Of a DNA stretch of 64,000 nucleotides, positions 62,501 to 64,000 are shown one piece after another. Positions within the stretch are counted from its first letter, which is position 1, and every line of letters starts with the position of its first letter. The position numbers and the translations under genes are program-made. The notes below the pieces were generated by a model that saw nothing but the letters and a program-made list of their open reading frames with translations, was not told the DNA's origin and made no database searches. Source of the stretch: Amoebidium appalachense (taxonomy: Eukaryota > Protista > Ichthyosporea); contig CAVNZM010000011.1 in the NCBI GenBank assembly GCA_963693365.1, positions 5,599,921 through 5,663,920 of the forward strand, read 5' to 3'.

Positions 62501-63217
62501 GGCAAACTATTTTGATTTCAACCTGAACGGCGTAAGCGCTGACTTGCATGCATACTTGTATGATGCGAGCATTGCATGTGTGTAAGCGTGCTTACATGTT
62601 TGAGTGTCTACGAATGAGAATACATGTGCACGTGTGTGCACGTGTGTTTAAGGCATCCTCTGTGCGAGTAGGTGCAACTATGTAGTGTGGGGGCATTTGT
62701 GTCTGCACTGTTAAGTGAATCTTGTGTAAACCTGGCTGTGTGCGAGAAAGTGGAGGGGTAGGTGGGGGGGACGGTAGGGAGGCCCCCCCCCCGGGGAAAG
62801 GGGGGGGGTGAGGGGTGTGGGGGGTGTGGGGGGTGGGGGGGGTGGGGGGGGTGGGGAAGGGTTGGAATAATATACAAGGCACAAGGGAGGGCGCCATGGG
62901 GCCGGGTGGTAGGAGTCCTTTTGGGGTGGTGGGGTAAGGTGGTGGTGCGGCAGAGAAGGGGGAATGACGTCGAACCCCATGCAGGCCGCAGTGTCCGATA
63001 AAGTTGTGCCGTGTAAGGAGTTTATGTAAGAAGCTTGATTGGCTGTATTAAAAGTAGCTGTTACAAACAGCATGTGCGCCGGACAAAGTTATAACTTAAT
63101 ATTATTAATATTCCGAGAACATTGACATTGTGATCTTTCGTGCATTGTGGTTAAGGCATAGTCAGCCATTAAAATTTACTTCTAAAATACACCCCGTTTA
63201 AATTTAAATATAATAAG

Positions 63218-64000
63218 TTACTCCTTTGTACGGTTGACGGACGTGGGCCTGCGGGCAAAGCCGACCTCGAACTCGTCGAACAGGGTGTCGGTGTCCTCCA
63301 GGGCCACGCCGGCGGTCTCGGGCACGCAGGTGTAGACAAACAGTGTCATGGTGACGATGAAGCACGTGAAGAACACGAAGGTGCCCCACAGGTTGAACAC
63401 GCTGGGCCGGTACAGGTACGGCGTGACCTTGCCCACCACTGCGGCCATGGCCCAGTTGGTGGCCGTCGACACGCTCATGCCCTTGCCGCGGAGGTTCTGG
63501 GGGAAGATCTCGGAGCATAGCACCCACACCACGGGGCCCCAGCTGTAGGCAAAGCCGCACACAAAGATGACGGCAAAGACGATGACAAAGACGCCCACAG
63601 TCTCGTTTGTCTTGTAGTCAAACAGCGGCGACGCCATCAGCGCACAGCCGGCCGTGCCCACTGCCTGCATGATGCCGCCCGTGACCAGCAGGGTGATGCG
63701 GCCGCTGCGCTCGACCAGGTAGATGCATATGAACGTGGCCAAGAAGTTGAACGTGGTGAGCGCCAGGTTGGCCCACAGCGCGCCGGTCTCGCTGAAGAAG
63801 GTAGCAAAGATGTCGGGGGCAAAGAACATGATGGCGTTGATGCCCGTCAGCTGCTGGAAGAACTGCAGCAGCGCCCCGACCATGATGCGGTAGCGCATGT
63901 TGTTGCGGCTGCTGAACGCGTCGGCCCACGTGCCCTCCCCCACGGCCTTGTCGGCCTCCACCGCCGCCGTGACGCTGGCCAGCTCGCCCTCGACCTCGTC
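63218..64000 (-). CDS. Second sugar porter copy (3' part), truncated by window end
   Basis: 247 aa shown differ from 53448-55145 at only two residues (T>I in RYRTMV, A>T in YKANE). Confidence 0.96.
   Translation of the reverse strand, partial: DEVEGELASVTAAVEADKAVGEGTWADAFSSRNNMRYRIMVGALLQFFQQLTGINAIMFFAPDIFATFFSETGALWANLALTTFNFLATFICIYLVERSGRITLLVTGGIMQAVGTAGCALMASPLFDYKTNETVGVFVIVFAVIFVCGFAYSWGPVVWVLCSEIFPQNLRGKGMSVSTATNWAMAAVVGKVTPYLYRPSVFNLWGTFVFFTCFIVTMTLFVYTCVPETAGVALEDTDTLFDEFEVGFARRPTSVNRTKE

Overview
Intron-rich eukaryotic genomic DNA whose non-coding parts are saturated with poly-C/poly-G runs and (CA)n/(CT)n microsatellites, so most ORFs in the supplied track are spurious. The organism cannot be assigned from this window. 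From left to right: a chromodomain Ty3/Gypsy element (pol 3' end plus 3' LTR) nested inside a second, degenerate chromodomain Gypsy element (1-8.36 kb); a spliced gene of unknown function with an in-frame TGA; tail-to-tail Zn-knuckle (probably LINE 3' end) fragments and a tRNA-like pseudogene; a two-exon remnant and then a 14-exon secreted GH88 (unsaturated glucuronyl hydrolase-like) gene with a 14-nt microexon; tRNA-Cys(GCA); an intronless, frameshifted OFA-type MFS transporter; an 8-exon TMEM65-GAF fusion gene; and two inverted, near-identical intronless sugar porters. The most striking item is a non-coding repeat family present as dispersed same-strand copies and as ~450-bp tandem arrays. 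Its ~160-nt core folds, with compensatory changes between subfamilies, into hairpins, a kink-turn and a pseudoknot, making it a candidate unrecognised structured or catalytic RNA in a retrozyme-like mobile unit. All gene models and folds were read by eye and need computational confirmation.
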